Assembly (NCBI GenBank): GCA_050118535.1
Contig: JASFKR010000002.1
Span: 11,652-75,651 of the forward strand
Reading direction: 5' to 3'
Length of the DNA stretch: 64,000 nucleotides
Source of the DNA: Myxococcales bacterium
GTDB lineage: Bacteria; Myxococcota_A; Polyangia; Polyangiales; JAFGIB01
This document shows, in pieces, positions 46,407-56,310 of the stretch; position 1 is the first letter of the stretch, and each line of letters begins with the position of its first letter. Under the pieces are notes generated by a model. The model did no database searches, was not told where the DNA came from, and worked only from the letters and a program-made list of their open reading frames with translations. The position numbers were made by a program, and so were the translations under genes.

Positions 46407-47189
46407 TCAGTGCTTGGAGCCGATGACGCCCGCGAGCGGGCTCGACGCAGTGGCGTAGAGCTTGCGAGGGATGCGACCGGCGAGAAAGGCATCGCGGCCG
46501 GCCTGCACCGCGAGCTTCATCGCGCGCGCCATGCGCACGGGATCTTCGGCGCCGGCGATGGCCGTGTTCATGAGCACGCCGTCACAGCCCAGCTCCATGG
46601 CCTCGGCCGCATCGCTCGCGGTGCCCACGCCCGCGTCGACGATCACCGGCACCGAGACCTGATTGCGGATGATCTCGATGTTGTAGGGATTGCGGATGCC
46701 CAGTCCGCTTCCGATAGGCGCCGCCAGGGGCATCACGGCCGCGCAGCCGATGTCCTCGAGCTTCCTGGCCGTGATGGGATCATCGGTGGTGTAGGGCAGC
46801 ACGGTGAACCCCTCCTTCACCAGGATGCGCGCCGCCTCGAGCGTCTGCACCACGTCGGGAAATAGCGTCTTTTCGTCGCCCAGGACCTCCACCTTGACCA
46901 GGCCGGACATGCCCAGCTCGCGGGCCAGCCGACAGGTTCGCACGGCGTCGTCCACGGTGTAGCAGCCGGCCGTATTGGGCAGCAGCGTGTAGCCCTTCTC
47001 CTGCAGGTAGCCGATCAGGGAGTCGCCGCCCTCGGCCTTCAGGTCCAGGCGGCGCACAGCCACCGTCACCATGTCGGCTCCGGAGGCCTCCAGCGCCGCC
47101 CTCGTCTGCTCCAGGCTCGCGTACTTCCCCGTGCCCACGATCAAGCGCGAGCCCAGCTCGAGCTCGCCAATTCGCAATCCGTCCGTCAT
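46407..47189 (-). CDS. thiG: Thiazole synthase
   Basis: I trimmed the 669-aa track ORF to the ATG at 47189. The protein reads [23 protein letters not shown]...LLPNTAGC...[15 protein letters not shown]...[14 protein letters not shown]...[14 protein letters not shown]. Confidence 0.95.
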   Translation of the reverse strand: MTDGLRIGELELGSRLIVGTGKYASLEQTRAALEASGADMVTVAVRRLDLKAEGGDSLIGYLQEKGYTLLPNTAGCYTVDDAVRTCRLARELGMSGLVKVEVLGDEKTLFPDVVQTLEAARILVKEGFTVLPYTTDDPITARKLEDIGCAAVMPLAAPIGSGLGIRNPYNIEIIRNQVSVPVIVDAGVGTASDAAEAMELGCDGVLMNTAIAGAEDPVRMARAMKLAVQAGRDAFLAGRIPRKLYATASSPLAGVIGSKH

Positions 47190-47239
47190 CCGCTCGTGGC
47201 TCCTGCTTGCCGATTGGTCGGTGTTTGAGTGCTGGCGCC

Positions 47240-47440
47240 TCAGCCGCCACCCACGAACTGCACGACCTCGACCTGGTCGCCTTCCGACAGGTGGGTGCTG
47301 GCGTGTTCGGCGCGCGGCACGATCAGGGCGTTGCGCTCCACAGCCACCGGCCCCTGCTGCACGCCCAGGCTTACGAGCAGGTCGGCCACCGTGAGGCCGT
47401 CGCTCACCTCCCGTGGCTCGCCGTTGACTTCGATGCGCAT
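47240..47440 (-). CDS. thiS: Sulfur-carrier protein ThiS
   Basis: A 66-aa protein, [12 protein letters not shown]...[10 protein letters not shown], with the C-terminal GG. An alternative ATG lies at 47452. Confidence 0.85.
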   Translation of the reverse strand: MRIEVNGEPREVSDGLTVADLLVSLGVQQGPVAVERNALIVPRAEHASTHLSEGDQVEVVQFVGGG

Positions 47441-47600
47441 GCTGCAGGTCATAGCGTGCCGGCGGGGCAATTCCCAGCCGCGCGGCGGCTCGCGACCGAG
47501 GCCCGTGATTTCCAGGGGTTGGCGGTTCCTGGTGAGCGCCCGGATCGGGCGCGGGGGGCGTTTCCTTGACCGCCGGTGGGCGGCCGGGTAGCCATCGATC

Positions 47601-48788
47601 ATGCAGGTCCAGCTGCCCGCCGCGGCCGACCCGTCGGCACCCACGCCGGAAGGCCCCGGCGCGGGCCAGTCGCCGCCACCGCGGCCGACGCGCGCCCAGA
47701 TCGACCTCGACGCGCTGGCCCACAACCTGTCGGTGCTGCGGCAGGTGGCTCACGGCAGCCGGGTCTTCGCGGTGGTCAAGGCCGATGCCTACGGCCACGG
47801 ACTGGTGCCTGTGGCGAAGCGGTTGGAGCGGGAGCGCGTGGACGGCCTGTGCGTGGCCCTGGCCGAGGAGGGCTTGACCCTGCGGGCAGCCGGTGTGACC
47901 ACGCCCATCCTGGTGCTCAACGGGGCCTACGGCGATGCCCATGCTCGCGTGGTGGCTGCCCACCTGCTGCCCACGGTCTACTCCCTCGACCAGATCCGGG
48001 CATTCGACCGGGTGGCGGTGGGCACGCCAGTGGGCGTGCACTTGAAGGTGGACACGGGCATGGCCCGCCTGGGTGTGCCACTCGACGAGCTCGGCGCCGT
48101 CCTGGACGGGCTCGAGCACATGCGCGGGGTGCGCATCGACGGTGTCATGACGCACCTGTCGAGCGCCGACACCGACGCCCGCGCCACCGAGGAGCAGCTC
48201 GAGCGCTTCGCTGCGGCGGTGGCCATGGTGCGCGACCGCGGCCACCGCCCACGCCTCGTGCACGCCGCCAACAGCGCCGGCACCTACGGCTATCCGCACG
48301 CCCGCGAGGACCTGGTGCGCGCCGGCATTTCCCTTTACGGCGTGACCCCGGAGCATCCCGAGGGCGGCCCCATGCGCGTCGACGCGCCGGCATTGCGGCC
48401 GGTGATGAGCGTCCACACCGAGGTCATGGCCCTGCGCACCCTGCCTCCCGGTGCTCCCGTGGGCTATGACCAGACCTTCCGCGCGAGGCGCACCACGCGC
48501 GTGGCCACGGTTCCGATTGGCTATGGCGACGGGCTGATGCGCGCAGCGAGCAACCGCGGGGCCATGCTCGTGGGTGAGCGTGTGTGCCCGATCATCGGCC
48601 GCATCTCCATGGATCTGACCACGCTCGACGTCACCGAGGTGGAGAGCTGTCGGGTGGGTGACCCCGTCGTGCTCCTCGGCAGCCAGGGAGGTGCCAGTCT
48701 GGATGCCACCGATCTGGCCCGCGCCTGCGACACCATCGCTTACGAGGTGCTCACCAGCATCTCACCCCGCGTTCCGCGCAACTACTGA
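47601..48788 (+). CDS. alr: Alanine racemase
   Basis: The PLP-lysine motif reads [13 protein letters not shown]. The protein also has ...[12 protein letters not shown]...THLSSAD...RISMDL. Confidence 0.9.
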   Translation: MQVQLPAAADPSAPTPEGPGAGQSPPPRPTRAQIDLDALAHNLSVLRQVAHGSRVFAVVKADAYGHGLVPVAKRLERERVDGLCVALAEEGLTLRAAGVTTPILVLNGAYGDAHARVVAAHLLPTVYSLDQIRAFDRVAVGTPVGVHLKVDTGMARLGVPLDELGAVLDGLEHMRGVRIDGVMTHLSSADTDARATEEQLERFAAAVAMVRDRGHRPRLVHAANSAGTYGYPHAREDLVRAGISLYGVTPEHPEGGPMRVDAPALRPVMSVHTEVMALRTLPPGAPVGYDQTFRARRTTRVATVPIGYGDGLMRAASNRGAMLVGERVCPIIGRISMDLTTLDVTEVESCRVGDPVVLLGSQGGASLDATDLARACDTIAYEVLTSISPRVPRNY

Positions 48789-48810
48789 GCGTCACCGCTC
48801 AGTAGTTGCG
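48777..48810. terminator. Perfect 15-bp-stem palindrome spanning both stop codons of the convergent alr and dam genes
   Basis: cgcaactactgagcg (48777-91), loop tcac, cgctcagtagttgcg (48796-810). Because of this symmetry both proteins end in R-N-Y-stop. Confidence 0.6.
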
Positions 48811-49671
48811 GACCACCACTTCGGGCACCGGGCCGCGGCGCTTCGCGTCACAGTTGATCGCTCGCGGCGCGGCCACCACGTCGATGCGGAACCCGTCGTA
48901 GAGGTCGCGGATGAACGGCACGTCGCTGTTGCTGAGCATCAGTTTGCAGCCGCGACGGTCGAGGGCCACGTAGACGTCACGCAGTCGCAGCTGGTCGTCG
49001 CGCCGGAACCCGTCCCGGGCGTAGGCGGTGAAGCTCGCAGTCTCCGAGACAGGCTCGTAGGGCGGATCGAAGTAGATGAAGTCCCCGGGCTTGGCCGTGG
49101 ACAGCAGCTCCTCGAAGCCGCCGCGACGAATCTCGGCCGCCTGCAGCTGCGCGCTCGCGGCTCGCAAGCCGAGCTCGTCCAGGATGCGAGGGTTCTTGTA
49201 GCGCCCGGCCGGCACGTTGAACTCGCCGCGGCGGTTGACGCGGTGCAGGCCGTTGAAGCACGTCTTGTTCAGGTACACGAACATCGCGGCGCGCTCGGCT
49301 TCGCTGACCTTGCGCGCCCGGTTGTAGCGCTCGCGGACGCGATAGTACTCGGCCTGGTCGTGGCGCGCGGCGAGTCGGCGCAGGTGCTCGATGATCTCGT
49401 CGACGCGGTCGCGCACCGTCGTGTAGAGGTTGATCAGGGCCGGATTGATGTCGCACAGCATCGCGCGCGGGGGGCGCCGGGCGAAGAACAGGGCCGCGCC
49501 ACCCACGAAGGGCTCCACGTGCCGCATCAGCTCCACGCCCGGCGGCAGAAGCGGCTGCAGCTGCGTGAGCAGGCGCCCCTTGCCGCCGACCCACTTCACG
49601 ATGGGCGCGGGCTCGGGGAGGGCGGCGGGAGTCGTCGGCTGAAGGATCCGGGCGGCGCTGGATGTAGGCAC
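48799..49671 (-). CDS. dam: DNA adenine methyltransferase, Dam/D12 class
   Basis: The N-terminal motif reads VKWVGGKGRLL. The protein also has EPFVGGAALFF and the catalytic motif FIYFDPPY. Confidence 0.9.
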   Translation of the reverse strand: MPTSSAARILQPTTPAALPEPAPIVKWVGGKGRLLTQLQPLLPPGVELMRHVEPFVGGAALFFARRPPRAMLCDINPALINLYTTVRDRVDEIIEHLRRLAARHDQAEYYRVRERYNRARKVSEAERAAMFVYLNKTCFNGLHRVNRRGEFNVPAGRYKNPRILDELGLRAASAQLQAAEIRRGGFEELLSTAKPGDFIYFDPPYEPVSETASFTAYARDGFRRDDQLRLRDVYVALDRRGCKLMLSNSDVPFIRDLYDGFRIDVVAAPRAINCDAKRRGPVPEVVVRNY

Positions 49672-49792
49672 GAATGCGACATTATCCGACTCAAACTTAC
49701 CGTCGAAAAAACTGACAAGCGCTCGCGGTCGTGTCGGATTGGGCCGCGATCTCCAAACCTTGGACCCGCTGCATGTATGATCGGGGACAGCC

Positions 49793-51481
49793 GTGTCTGA
49801 AGGCCCGCCCCGGATCGAGGAAATCGAGGACCGCCTGCAGGATCTGACCGATGCTCTGCGGGAGGCCGGCGCCGACGACGTGGCCGATCAGCTCGAGGAT
49901 CACGCGCGCCACTTCACGGACAAGAACCTCGTGCGGCGGGCGGTCAACGACATCCGCATGCAGCTCGAGCGCTGGCGTGAGTTCCCCGAGGAGAGCCTCG
50001 ACACGGCCAAGATCAACCTGGCTTCCAACCGCCTCGAGGACGTGTGCATCGAGGCGCTGGACGGGGGGATCATCGAGCCGGCGGCGCTGTCGGTCTCAGC
50101 ACAGGCGCGGCGCAAGCTCGGGATCGTCTTCGGGACCTTTCTCGCGGTCGCGGCGGCCCTCCTCGTTCCCATTCTGCTGATCGAGGCGGGCGTGGACTTC
50201 TCGGACGTGGACGCTGAGCGGGAGTTGCCGCCGCTGGCCATCCCGCGCGGCGAGGAGCGTCAGGTCGAGGTGACCGTCCTCGCGGAGGCGCTGGTGCCGC
50301 ACGCCGCCCACGGCGTGGAGCTCGCCCCCCGCGACGGGTGTCGCGACGCGGCGCCCGGGGCGAGCTGTCGGCCGACCCAGCAGCGGCTATGGCCTTCGGG
50401 CCGCCTCGACACCTTCGAGTTGCGCCTCGAGAACCAGGCCTACGGGTTGCTGTTCGCCTTCGGGGAGTCGCGCGTGCGGGGCGGCGTCGGCGAGGTGCAG
50501 GTGTTGCTCGCCGCGACCAACGATACGCCGGAGGGGCGCTATCGCATTCCGCTCACCGCGGCCTACCTGGGCTACACGCCGCAGCGGTGCGAGCTGACCG
50601 ATCGTCTGCTCGGCAGCTGTCCCAAGCCGCGCACGGGCGAGGGTGAGCGACACGGGGGCCTGCCCGTTCCCGTCATCGTGGTCGACGTGATGCCGGGCGA
50701 TGCGGCCAGTGCGAGCGGCGACCGGCGCGTGGCGCAGGCCGAGGAGGCAGAGCGCAGGGAACGGGCGCGCGAGCGCGCGGAGCAACTCGCCGCGGCCATC
50801 GACGAGATCGATGCTGCCATCAAAGAGACCGGACGGCTCATACGGCGCCGCAAGTGGGACGACGTGCGGGAGCGGCTCGACAAGCTGGCGCGGCTCTTCG
50901 AGCCCATCGACGCCATCAGCCTGACCGAGGTGGCCGAGGAGCTGCCGGTCGAGGTGAGCGAGGTGCGCGCGCGCTACGGCGAGCTCCGAGAGCGACTCCA
51001 GAGATTCGAGCAACAGGTATTCGAGCGCACCTTCGACACGCTCACCGCGGAAAAAAACCAGAAGGTGGCCGAGGAGAAGCTCGTGGGGCGCGTGGCGCGG
51101 AAATTCCGGATCTCACCAGCCTACGTGCAGGACATCTACACGGAGCGCACCGACGAAATCCAGCGGCGGATGGCCGAGCGGGAGCGTGCGAAGAAGGAGG
51201 CGCTGCAGGCCGCCCAGGAGGCGCTCGAGCAGCGCTGCGGTCCGCTACCGGGGGGGGCCTGGGGGGCGGTCAAGAAGTACCTGGAGGAGCTGAACGCGGG
51301 CGTGGAGGTGGAGCTCGGCGAGTGCATGACGCCGCGCCTCACCCAGGAGCATTGCTGGGAGATGCGCTGCGACTATGTCCGCCGCGTCGAGCTCAGCGTC
51401 GAGCAGCCCAAAGTCGTCACCCGCCACCGCGCCACGTTCTACCTTCAGCGGGGGCGCGTCACCGCTCACCACGGCGGCTGA
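49793..51481 (+). CDS. Hypothetical membrane protein with a long charged coiled-coil region
   Basis: The GTG start follows GGGGA. A single TM reads LGIVFGTFLAVAAALLVPILLI. An E/R-rich helical region reads AEEAERRERARERAEQLAAAIDEIDAAIKE... I recognise no motif. Confidence 0.55.
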   Translation: MSEGPPRIEEIEDRLQDLTDALREAGADDVADQLEDHARHFTDKNLVRRAVNDIRMQLERWREFPEESLDTAKINLASNRLEDVCIEALDGGIIEPAALSVSAQARRKLGIVFGTFLAVAAALLVPILLIEAGVDFSDVDAERELPPLAIPRGEERQVEVTVLAEALVPHAAHGVELAPRDGCRDAAPGASCRPTQQRLWPSGRLDTFELRLENQAYGLLFAFGESRVRGGVGEVQVLLAATNDTPEGRYRIPLTAAYLGYTPQRCELTDRLLGSCPKPRTGEGERHGGLPVPVIVVDVMPGDAASASGDRRVAQAEEAERRERARERAEQLAAAIDEIDAAIKETGRLIRRRKWDDVRERLDKLARLFEPIDAISLTEVAEELPVEVSEVRARYGELRERLQRFEQQVFERTFDTLTAEKNQKVAEEKLVGRVARKFRISPAYVQDIYTERTDEIQRRMAERERAKKEALQAAQEALEQRCGPLPGGAWGAVKKYLEELNAGVEVELGECMTPRLTQEHCWEMRCDYVRRVELSVEQPKVVTRHRATFYLQRGRVTAHHGG

Positions 51482-51502
51482 GCTGCCAGCGGCGCCGCTT
51501 GC

Positions 51503-53116
51503 TCAGAAGTCGAGCTTGCGCAGCACCGCCGGGGGCTTCTTCTTGGTCCGCGGGCGGGGGGTGGTGCGTTGCGGGCGCCGCGCCTTGCGGCGCGGTGCCG
51601 GCTTGGGGGCGTCCACCAGCATCACCTCATAGGTCGCGTTGGCCGAGGCGTGGTGCACGACCTGCCACGGTGCCTTGCCGTCGGCCAGGACTTTGATCAC
51701 GCGGTTGCGGCCGTCGCGGGGAAGCTCCAGGACGTCGCCCTCGGTGGGGGTGCCATCGATCTCCACGCGCGCGCCCTCGGGGACGTCCTCGAGGGTGACG
51801 GTGATGATCGTGGGCTCGGGCTCGGCTTCGGGCGCGGGCGCGGGCGCGGGCTCGGCTTCGGGCTTGGGCTCGGTGGTCGGGGTCCGCGGTGGCTGGGCGG
51901 CGCTGGCGGAGGGGCCCGCGGCCCCGTCGCCCCCGTCGCTCGAAACGGCCCAGGCGCCCACCGCCACGGCCAGCACCAGGCCGGCCCCCGCGAGCAGCGG
52001 CCAACGCCGGCGGCTGCGATATGCCGCCATGTCCACGTCCAAGTCATCCGGGTCGTGGGGGGCGATGCCCACGTCGGGGGCGTCGCCGTGCAGGTCCAGC
52101 TCCATGGACTCGCCTTGCTCGTCGAGCAGCGGGAACTCCAGCGTCCGCAGCCGGTTTTGCGACACGCGGACGGCCGCATCCGTGGCGCCGGCCGGGGGCG
52201 GGGCCGGCGGCAGGTCCGACAGCACCTCGGTGCGAGCGGTGGGGTCGCCGCGACCCAGGGCCGCGTGCAGGGCCTCTCGCATGGACAGCGCGTCCTGATA
52301 GCGTTGATCGGGGTCCCGTTGCATGGCCTTGCTGACCACGTCGGCCAGGGCCTCGGGCACGTGGGGGTTGAGCTCGCGCACCGAGGGCGCCGTCCCGGTC
52401 ACGATCTGGATGATCAGATCCCCCACGTTCTCCGAGACGAACGGCAGCTTGCCGCCCAGCGCCTCGTAGAGGATGACGCCCATGCTGTAGATGTCGGTGC
52501 GGCGATCGATGGTCTTCACGCCACGCGCCTGTTCCGGCGACATGTACTCGGGCGTGCCGACGATGATGCCCTCTTTCGTCGTCAGTGCCGAGCGCCTGCC
52601 GCTGCGCGGTTCCACGCTCCGCGAGATGCCGAAGTCCAGAATCTTGGGGAACAGGGCGCCACCCGAGTCCTGCATCAGATAGATGTTGTCCGGCTTGAGG
52701 TCGCGATGGACGATGCCCGCCTCGTGCACCGCCTCGAGGCCGCGGAGGGTGAGGCTGGCCACGTGCACCAACTCCTCCATCCGGAGACGGCGCTCGGACT
52801 GGAGCCGCTGGGCCAAGCTCTCGCCCTCGAGCAGCTCCATGACCATGTACGGCTGCTGCTCGTCGGTGGTGCCGAAATCGACGATGTGGATGACGTTTCG
52901 GTGTTGCACCGAGGCGGCGATGCGCGCCTCGCGCACGAACTGCCGAACCAGGGCTTCCTTGTCGCGCTCGTCGCGCGCGTACAGGAGCTTGACCGCGACA
53001 GCCCTTTCCAGGGTGAGGTCGCGCGCGCGCCAGACGCTGGCCATGCCCCCTTCGCCGATCAGGGACTCCAGCTCGTAGCGCCCGGCGATGAGGCGGGGCT
53101 TCTCGGGCACTTCCAC
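51503..53116 (-). CDS. Ser/Thr protein kinase with a TM segment and a PEGA-like C-terminal domain
   Basis: Kinase motifs are GEGGMASVW, AVK, HRDLKPDNIYL, DFGISR and SPEQ. The TM reads WPLLAGAGLVLAVAVGAWAV. The C-terminus reads TVTLEDVPEGARVEIDGTP. Confidence 0.9.
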   Translation of the reverse strand: MEVPEKPRLIAGRYELESLIGEGGMASVWRARDLTLERAVAVKLLYARDERDKEALVRQFVREARIAASVQHRNVIHIVDFGTTDEQQPYMVMELLEGESLAQRLQSERRLRMEELVHVASLTLRGLEAVHEAGIVHRDLKPDNIYLMQDSGGALFPKILDFGISRSVEPRSGRRSALTTKEGIIVGTPEYMSPEQARGVKTIDRRTDIYSMGVILYEALGGKLPFVSENVGDLIIQIVTGTAPSVRELNPHVPEALADVVSKAMQRDPDQRYQDALSMREALHAALGRGDPTARTEVLSDLPPAPPPAGATDAAVRVSQNRLRTLEFPLLDEQGESMELDLHGDAPDVGIAPHDPDDLDVDMAAYRSRRRWPLLAGAGLVLAVAVGAWAVSSDGGDGAAGPSASAAQPPRTPTTEPKPEAEPAPAPAPEAEPEPTIITVTLEDVPEGARVEIDGTPTEGDVLELPRDGRNRVIKVLADGKAPWQVVHHASANATYEVMLVDAPKPAPRRKARRPQRTTPRPRTKKKPPAVLRKLDF

Positions 53117-53221
53117 TGATTTTAGTATAGTCGGATTTTTAGTGGAAAGTGACCTTAAGTGGGCGATCGAAGCGGGAAAACCCTTCGCGATATCCGTAAA
53201 TTAGGACGAAACTGGGCCGAT

Positions 53222-53737
53222 CTAGTGGCCCGCGTCTCTGTCCGCGGCCGGATCGGGATCGTCATCGCCGCACCGGCGACCCTTGCTGCCGGTCGCGTAG
53301 AAGCATCCGAACGGCGCCAGGGTTTCCAGGCTCCCGCAGAACCCCTCCGCCGTGCAGCAGCCCCGCATGGTGATCCCGCCGCCGATCGGCTGCTGGGGAG
53401 GGCAGCCGGGGTCCGCCTCACCGGGCTGCTGCAGCTCGATGCAGACGCCGGCGATCCCGGGAGCCAGATCGCCCAGGTCCGCTCCACAACGATCCGGTGC
53501 GCGGCCGGTGTTCTGCAGGATCTCGCCGGGCGAGCCCGTGCCCGGCGCGGTGCAGCACGCCGTGCCCAGACCCGGCTCGGGGCAGAGCCGGCCGTCGCAG
53601 CGCAGGCCCGGCGCGGTCGCGCCGTCCTCGCCGGCGTCCATTGCGACGTCCTGTTCACCGACCTCGGCCTGGCACGCGCAACAGAGCACCGCGAGGAATA
53701 GCGGACAGCCGGTCCAGTTCACCGCCGTCGCGGCCAC
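53222..53737 (-). CDS. Cys-rich secreted protein (probable lipoprotein); last gene of the GT operon
   Basis: The N-terminus reads ...CPLFLAVLCCAC, and the mature part has many Cys. It starts 1 nt after the upstream methyltransferase stop. Confidence 0.55.
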   Translation of the reverse strand: MAATAVNWTGCPLFLAVLCCACQAEVGEQDVAMDAGEDGATAPGLRCDGRLCPEPGLGTACCTAPGTGSPGEILQNTGRAPDRCGADLGDLAPGIAGVCIELQQPGEADPGCPPQQPIGGGITMRGCCTAEGFCGSLETLAPFGCFYATGSKGRRCGDDDPDPAADRDAGH

Positions 53738-53738
53738 C

Positions 53739-54359
53739 TCAGCAACGCCTCAGCACGCCCAAGGTCTTGGTGGTCGGCAGCTCTTCGAAGAGCCCGGACG
53801 CCAGCGCCTTGCGGTAGATCTCGATCGGAGCCTGGCCGCCCTCGCTCGGGTCGGGAAAGAGGTCGTGGATCGCAAGGATACCCCCGGGCGCGACCTTGTG
53901 GGCCCAGCCGTCGTAGTCCGCGTGGGCGGCTTCGTGGCTGTGGCCACCGTCGATGAAGCACATGCCCAGGGGCGTGCTCCAGGCCTGCGCCGCCTGGGTG
54001 CTGCCGGCGACCAGGATCATGGCGGTGTCCTCGAGCCCCGCGAGCCGCAGGTTGCGCCGCAGCTCGTAGAGGCTGTCCATCTTGCCGGCGCTGGCGTCGA
54101 ACAGATCCGGGTCGTGATACTCCTCGCCCGGCTGGTGCTCCTCGGAGCCGCGGTGGTGATCCACGCAGACCAGCGCGCCGCCCGCCGCCTTGACGCCGGT
54201 GCCCAGATAGATGGCCGACTTGCCGCAGTAGCTGCCGACCTCCAGCACCGGCCCCAGGGTCGCGGCCTCGCGGGCCAGGGCGTGCAAACGCAGCCCCTCC
54301 GCGTCGTCCAGGAAGCCCTTGCAGCTCAGGGCCAGCTCGTGTGCCGCGGGGTCCATCAT
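53739..54359 (-). CDS. Class I SAM-dependent methyltransferase
   Basis: ATG at 54359 (MMDPAAHELA...). SAM motif I reads VLEVGSYCGKSAIYL. A second conserved stretch reads MCFIDGGHSHEAA. Confidence 0.8.
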   Translation of the reverse strand: MMDPAAHELALSCKGFLDDAEGLRLHALAREAATLGPVLEVGSYCGKSAIYLGTGVKAAGGALVCVDHHRGSEEHQPGEEYHDPDLFDASAGKMDSLYELRRNLRLAGLEDTAMILVAGSTQAAQAWSTPLGMCFIDGGHSHEAAHADYDGWAHKVAPGGILAIHDLFPDPSEGGQAPIEIYRKALASGLFEELPTTKTLGVLRRC

Positions 54360-54427
54360 CGCGCTCCGTGGGTTCGGTTCGTGGCGTGCAGGCGCGGGCT
54401 TCGGCGTGCTCGCGCGCCCGCCCGTGC

Positions 54428-55585
54428 TCATTCTGCGGGGGTGGAGATCTCGCCGACGCTGCCTGCTACGGGGCGCTCCACGGGCCGTTCGGGACGCGGA
54501 CGCTCGATGCGCGGCCTCGCGGGTGCCTCCATCAAATCGCCGCCGCACAGCTCACGAAAGAACTCGCTCGTCCGGGTGTCCCGGTGCAGCGTGTCGTGGG
54601 CGATCAGCACCGCGGCTGCGGTCCAGGTCGTCTGCTCGCCCTCGGGAAAGATCTCGCCGGCCGGATAGGTGGCGCCGGTCCAGTAGGCGCCGCTGTCGTC
54701 GCAGCGCTGCCAGCGGGTCCAGGAGAAGACCTCCCGCGCGCGCTGCCGCAGGCCGCAGGCGTCGAGCGCAAGCACCAGCTCGCAGGTCTCGGCGATCGTG
54801 TACCAGGGGTGGTCCTTGACGCAGCGGCAACCCACGCCCTCCTCGATGAAGGCGTCGGTGAGCTCGGCGTCGAGCAGCCTCGTGCGACCCGCCTCGCCCC
54901 GCAGGGCGCCGCCCAGGACCGGGTAATACCAGTCCATGGAGTGGCGCCCGGGCTTTTCGGGCAGGTCGGTGTCGGAAAACACGCGCTCGTCGTGACGCAG
55001 GGTGCGCTGCAGTCGCTCGTGGGCGCGTCGCCAGCCCGGCCGGTCGTGGCCCAGCCGCTCGGCGATGCGGATGGCGCACACCAGGCTGCCGTGGATCGAC
55101 GACGAACCCGTCACCAGCGGCGCCCGCCACACCTTGCCGTTCTTCTGGGCCCAGGCGATGGCGCCGCTCGGCAGTTGCATGGATACGACCAGGTCGATGG
55201 CGCGCTCCAGCGTCGGCCACATCTCGACCAGGAAGTCGGGGTCGCGCTCGTGGCTGTATTGGTGCCAGAGCCCCGTCGCCAGGTAGGCCGCGTGGTTGCT
55301 CTCCTGGGTGATGCGCGTGGCCTTGCCGCCTCGACGCTCGGCCGCCCAGCCGCCGTTGGGGTCCTGGGTCTCGGCCATGAAGCGGTAGGCGGCGCGAGCC
55401 TCGGCCGTGTGCCCCACCGCGCACAGACCCATGGCCGAGTGCACGTGGTCCCACGGATCCATCTTCGCGCCCTGGCCCCAGGGAATCTCCCCGCTCGGAC
55501 GCTGCTGCGAGCGCAGCCACTCGGTGGTGGCGCGGATCTCCCGGTCACTCAGGGGCTCGTGGCGGCTTGGCTTGCTTGAACTCAC
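54428..55585 (-). CDS. Prenyltransferase/terpene-cyclase-like alpha-alpha toroid repeat protein
   Basis: The GTG at 55585 overlaps the upstream stop (GTGA). Repeated QW-like units are present: LRSQQRPSGEIPW, ETQDPNGGW, SMQLPSGAIAW. The N-terminal 375 aa of track ORF 54428..56710 is an out-of-frame read-through of upstream genes. Confidence 0.65.
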   Translation of the reverse strand: MSSSKPSRHEPLSDREIRATTEWLRSQQRPSGEIPWGQGAKMDPWDHVHSAMGLCAVGHTAEARAAYRFMAETQDPNGGWAAERRGGKATRITQESNHAAYLATGLWHQYSHERDPDFLVEMWPTLERAIDLVVSMQLPSGAIAWAQKNGKVWRAPLVTGSSSIHGSLVCAIRIAERLGHDRPGWRRAHERLQRTLRHDERVFSDTDLPEKPGRHSMDWYYPVLGGALRGEAGRTRLLDAELTDAFIEEGVGCRCVKDHPWYTIAETCELVLALDACGLRQRAREVFSWTRWQRCDDSGAYWTGATYPAGEIFPEGEQTTWTAAAVLIAHDTLHRDTRTSEFFRELCGGDLMEAPARPRIERPRPERPVERPVAGSVGEISTPAE

Positions 55586-56310
55586 ACCTTCACTCCGTAG
55601 AACACCACGCTCTTGCCGATGAAGGGGACGAGCAGGTGCTCCAGCGCGCGCGTGAGCACGGGCCGGCGCATCATGTCCCAAACCAGGAGGCGGTGGTAGA
55701 GTTTGACCACCGAATTGTCCTCGTCGTCCACCCCGAAGGCGCACTTGAGCCACCAATATGGGGAGTGCAGGCCGTGGGCGAAGTGGCTGCCGACGATGTC
55801 GTAGCCGCTCGAAGCGATCATCTGGCGCAGCTTGCGCCGTTGGTAGATGCGCACGTGACCGCCGGGCGTGTTCCGATATTGTTTCGACAGGGCCCAGCAC
55901 ACCGCTTCGGGTCCCTCGCGCGGCACCGATACGGCCAGCGTGCCGCCGCGCTTGAGCACGCGCGACAGCTCCTGCAGCGCGCGCTGGTCTTCGTGCAAGT
56001 GCTCGAGCACTTCCGAAATGATCACGCAGTCGAAGGTCTCGTCGGCGAACGGCAGCTCGTAGACGCTGCCGCGCATGCTCATCCAGGGACCCGCACCCGG
56101 CACCGTGCCGCCGAGTTCGGGTGGCAGCGAATCGAGCTCGCGCAGGGTGTCGGCCGTCTCGCGCACTTCCTTTTCGCCGAGGTCGAGGCCCACGGCGTGG
56201 ACGCCGGGGATGCTGCGTGTCTGGCGGATGTGGCGGCCGCCGCCGCAGCCCACGTCGAGTACACGGTCGCCGGGCTTCAGGCCCAGCCTGTCGAATCGCA
56301 TCGTCAGCAT
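55582..56310 (-). CDS. Class I SAM-dependent methyltransferase
   Basis: SAM motif I reads RVLDVGCGGGRH. The protein also has FDCVIISEVLEHL and LKRGGTLAVSVP. Confidence 0.85.
   Translation of the reverse strand: MLTMRFDRLGLKPGDRVLDVGCGGGRHIRQTRSIPGVHAVGLDLGEKEVRETADTLRELDSLPPELGGTVPGAGPWMSMRGSVYELPFADETFDCVIISEVLEHLHEDQRALQELSRVLKRGGTLAVSVPREGPEAVCWALSKQYRNTPGGHVRIYQRRKLRQMIASSGYDIVGSHFAHGLHSPYWWLKCAFGVDDEDNSVVKLYHRLLVWDMMRRPVLTRALEHLLVPFIGKSVVFYGVKV

Noticed and set aside
47453-47600. An expected TPP (THI-box) riboswitch upstream of thiS.
   Set aside because: I read both strands of the 148-nt leader. I could not find the conserved CUGAGA and ACCUGAUC(U/C)GG...CC(A/G)GCG elements in the correct order. 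A covariance-model scan with Rfam RF00059 would settle this.
46407-48416. Very long N-terminal extensions in track ORFs. Examples are thiG as 669 aa, 9670..11127, 10452..11573, 11252..12598, 12261..14120, 29879..31171, 30634..31971, 37441..38994 and 54428..56710.
   Set aside because: The conserved protein begins at an internal ATG/GTG that has an RBS or a 4-nt overlap with the upstream stop. The extensions are R/A/G/P-rich and overlap neighbouring real genes.
48799-51481. A restriction-modification or defence system around the Dam-type methylase.
   Set aside because: I see no endonuclease motifs (PD-(D/E)xK, HNH) in the neighbouring 562-aa coiled-coil membrane protein or elsewhere nearby. 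I treat it as an orphan methylase until a homology search says otherwise.
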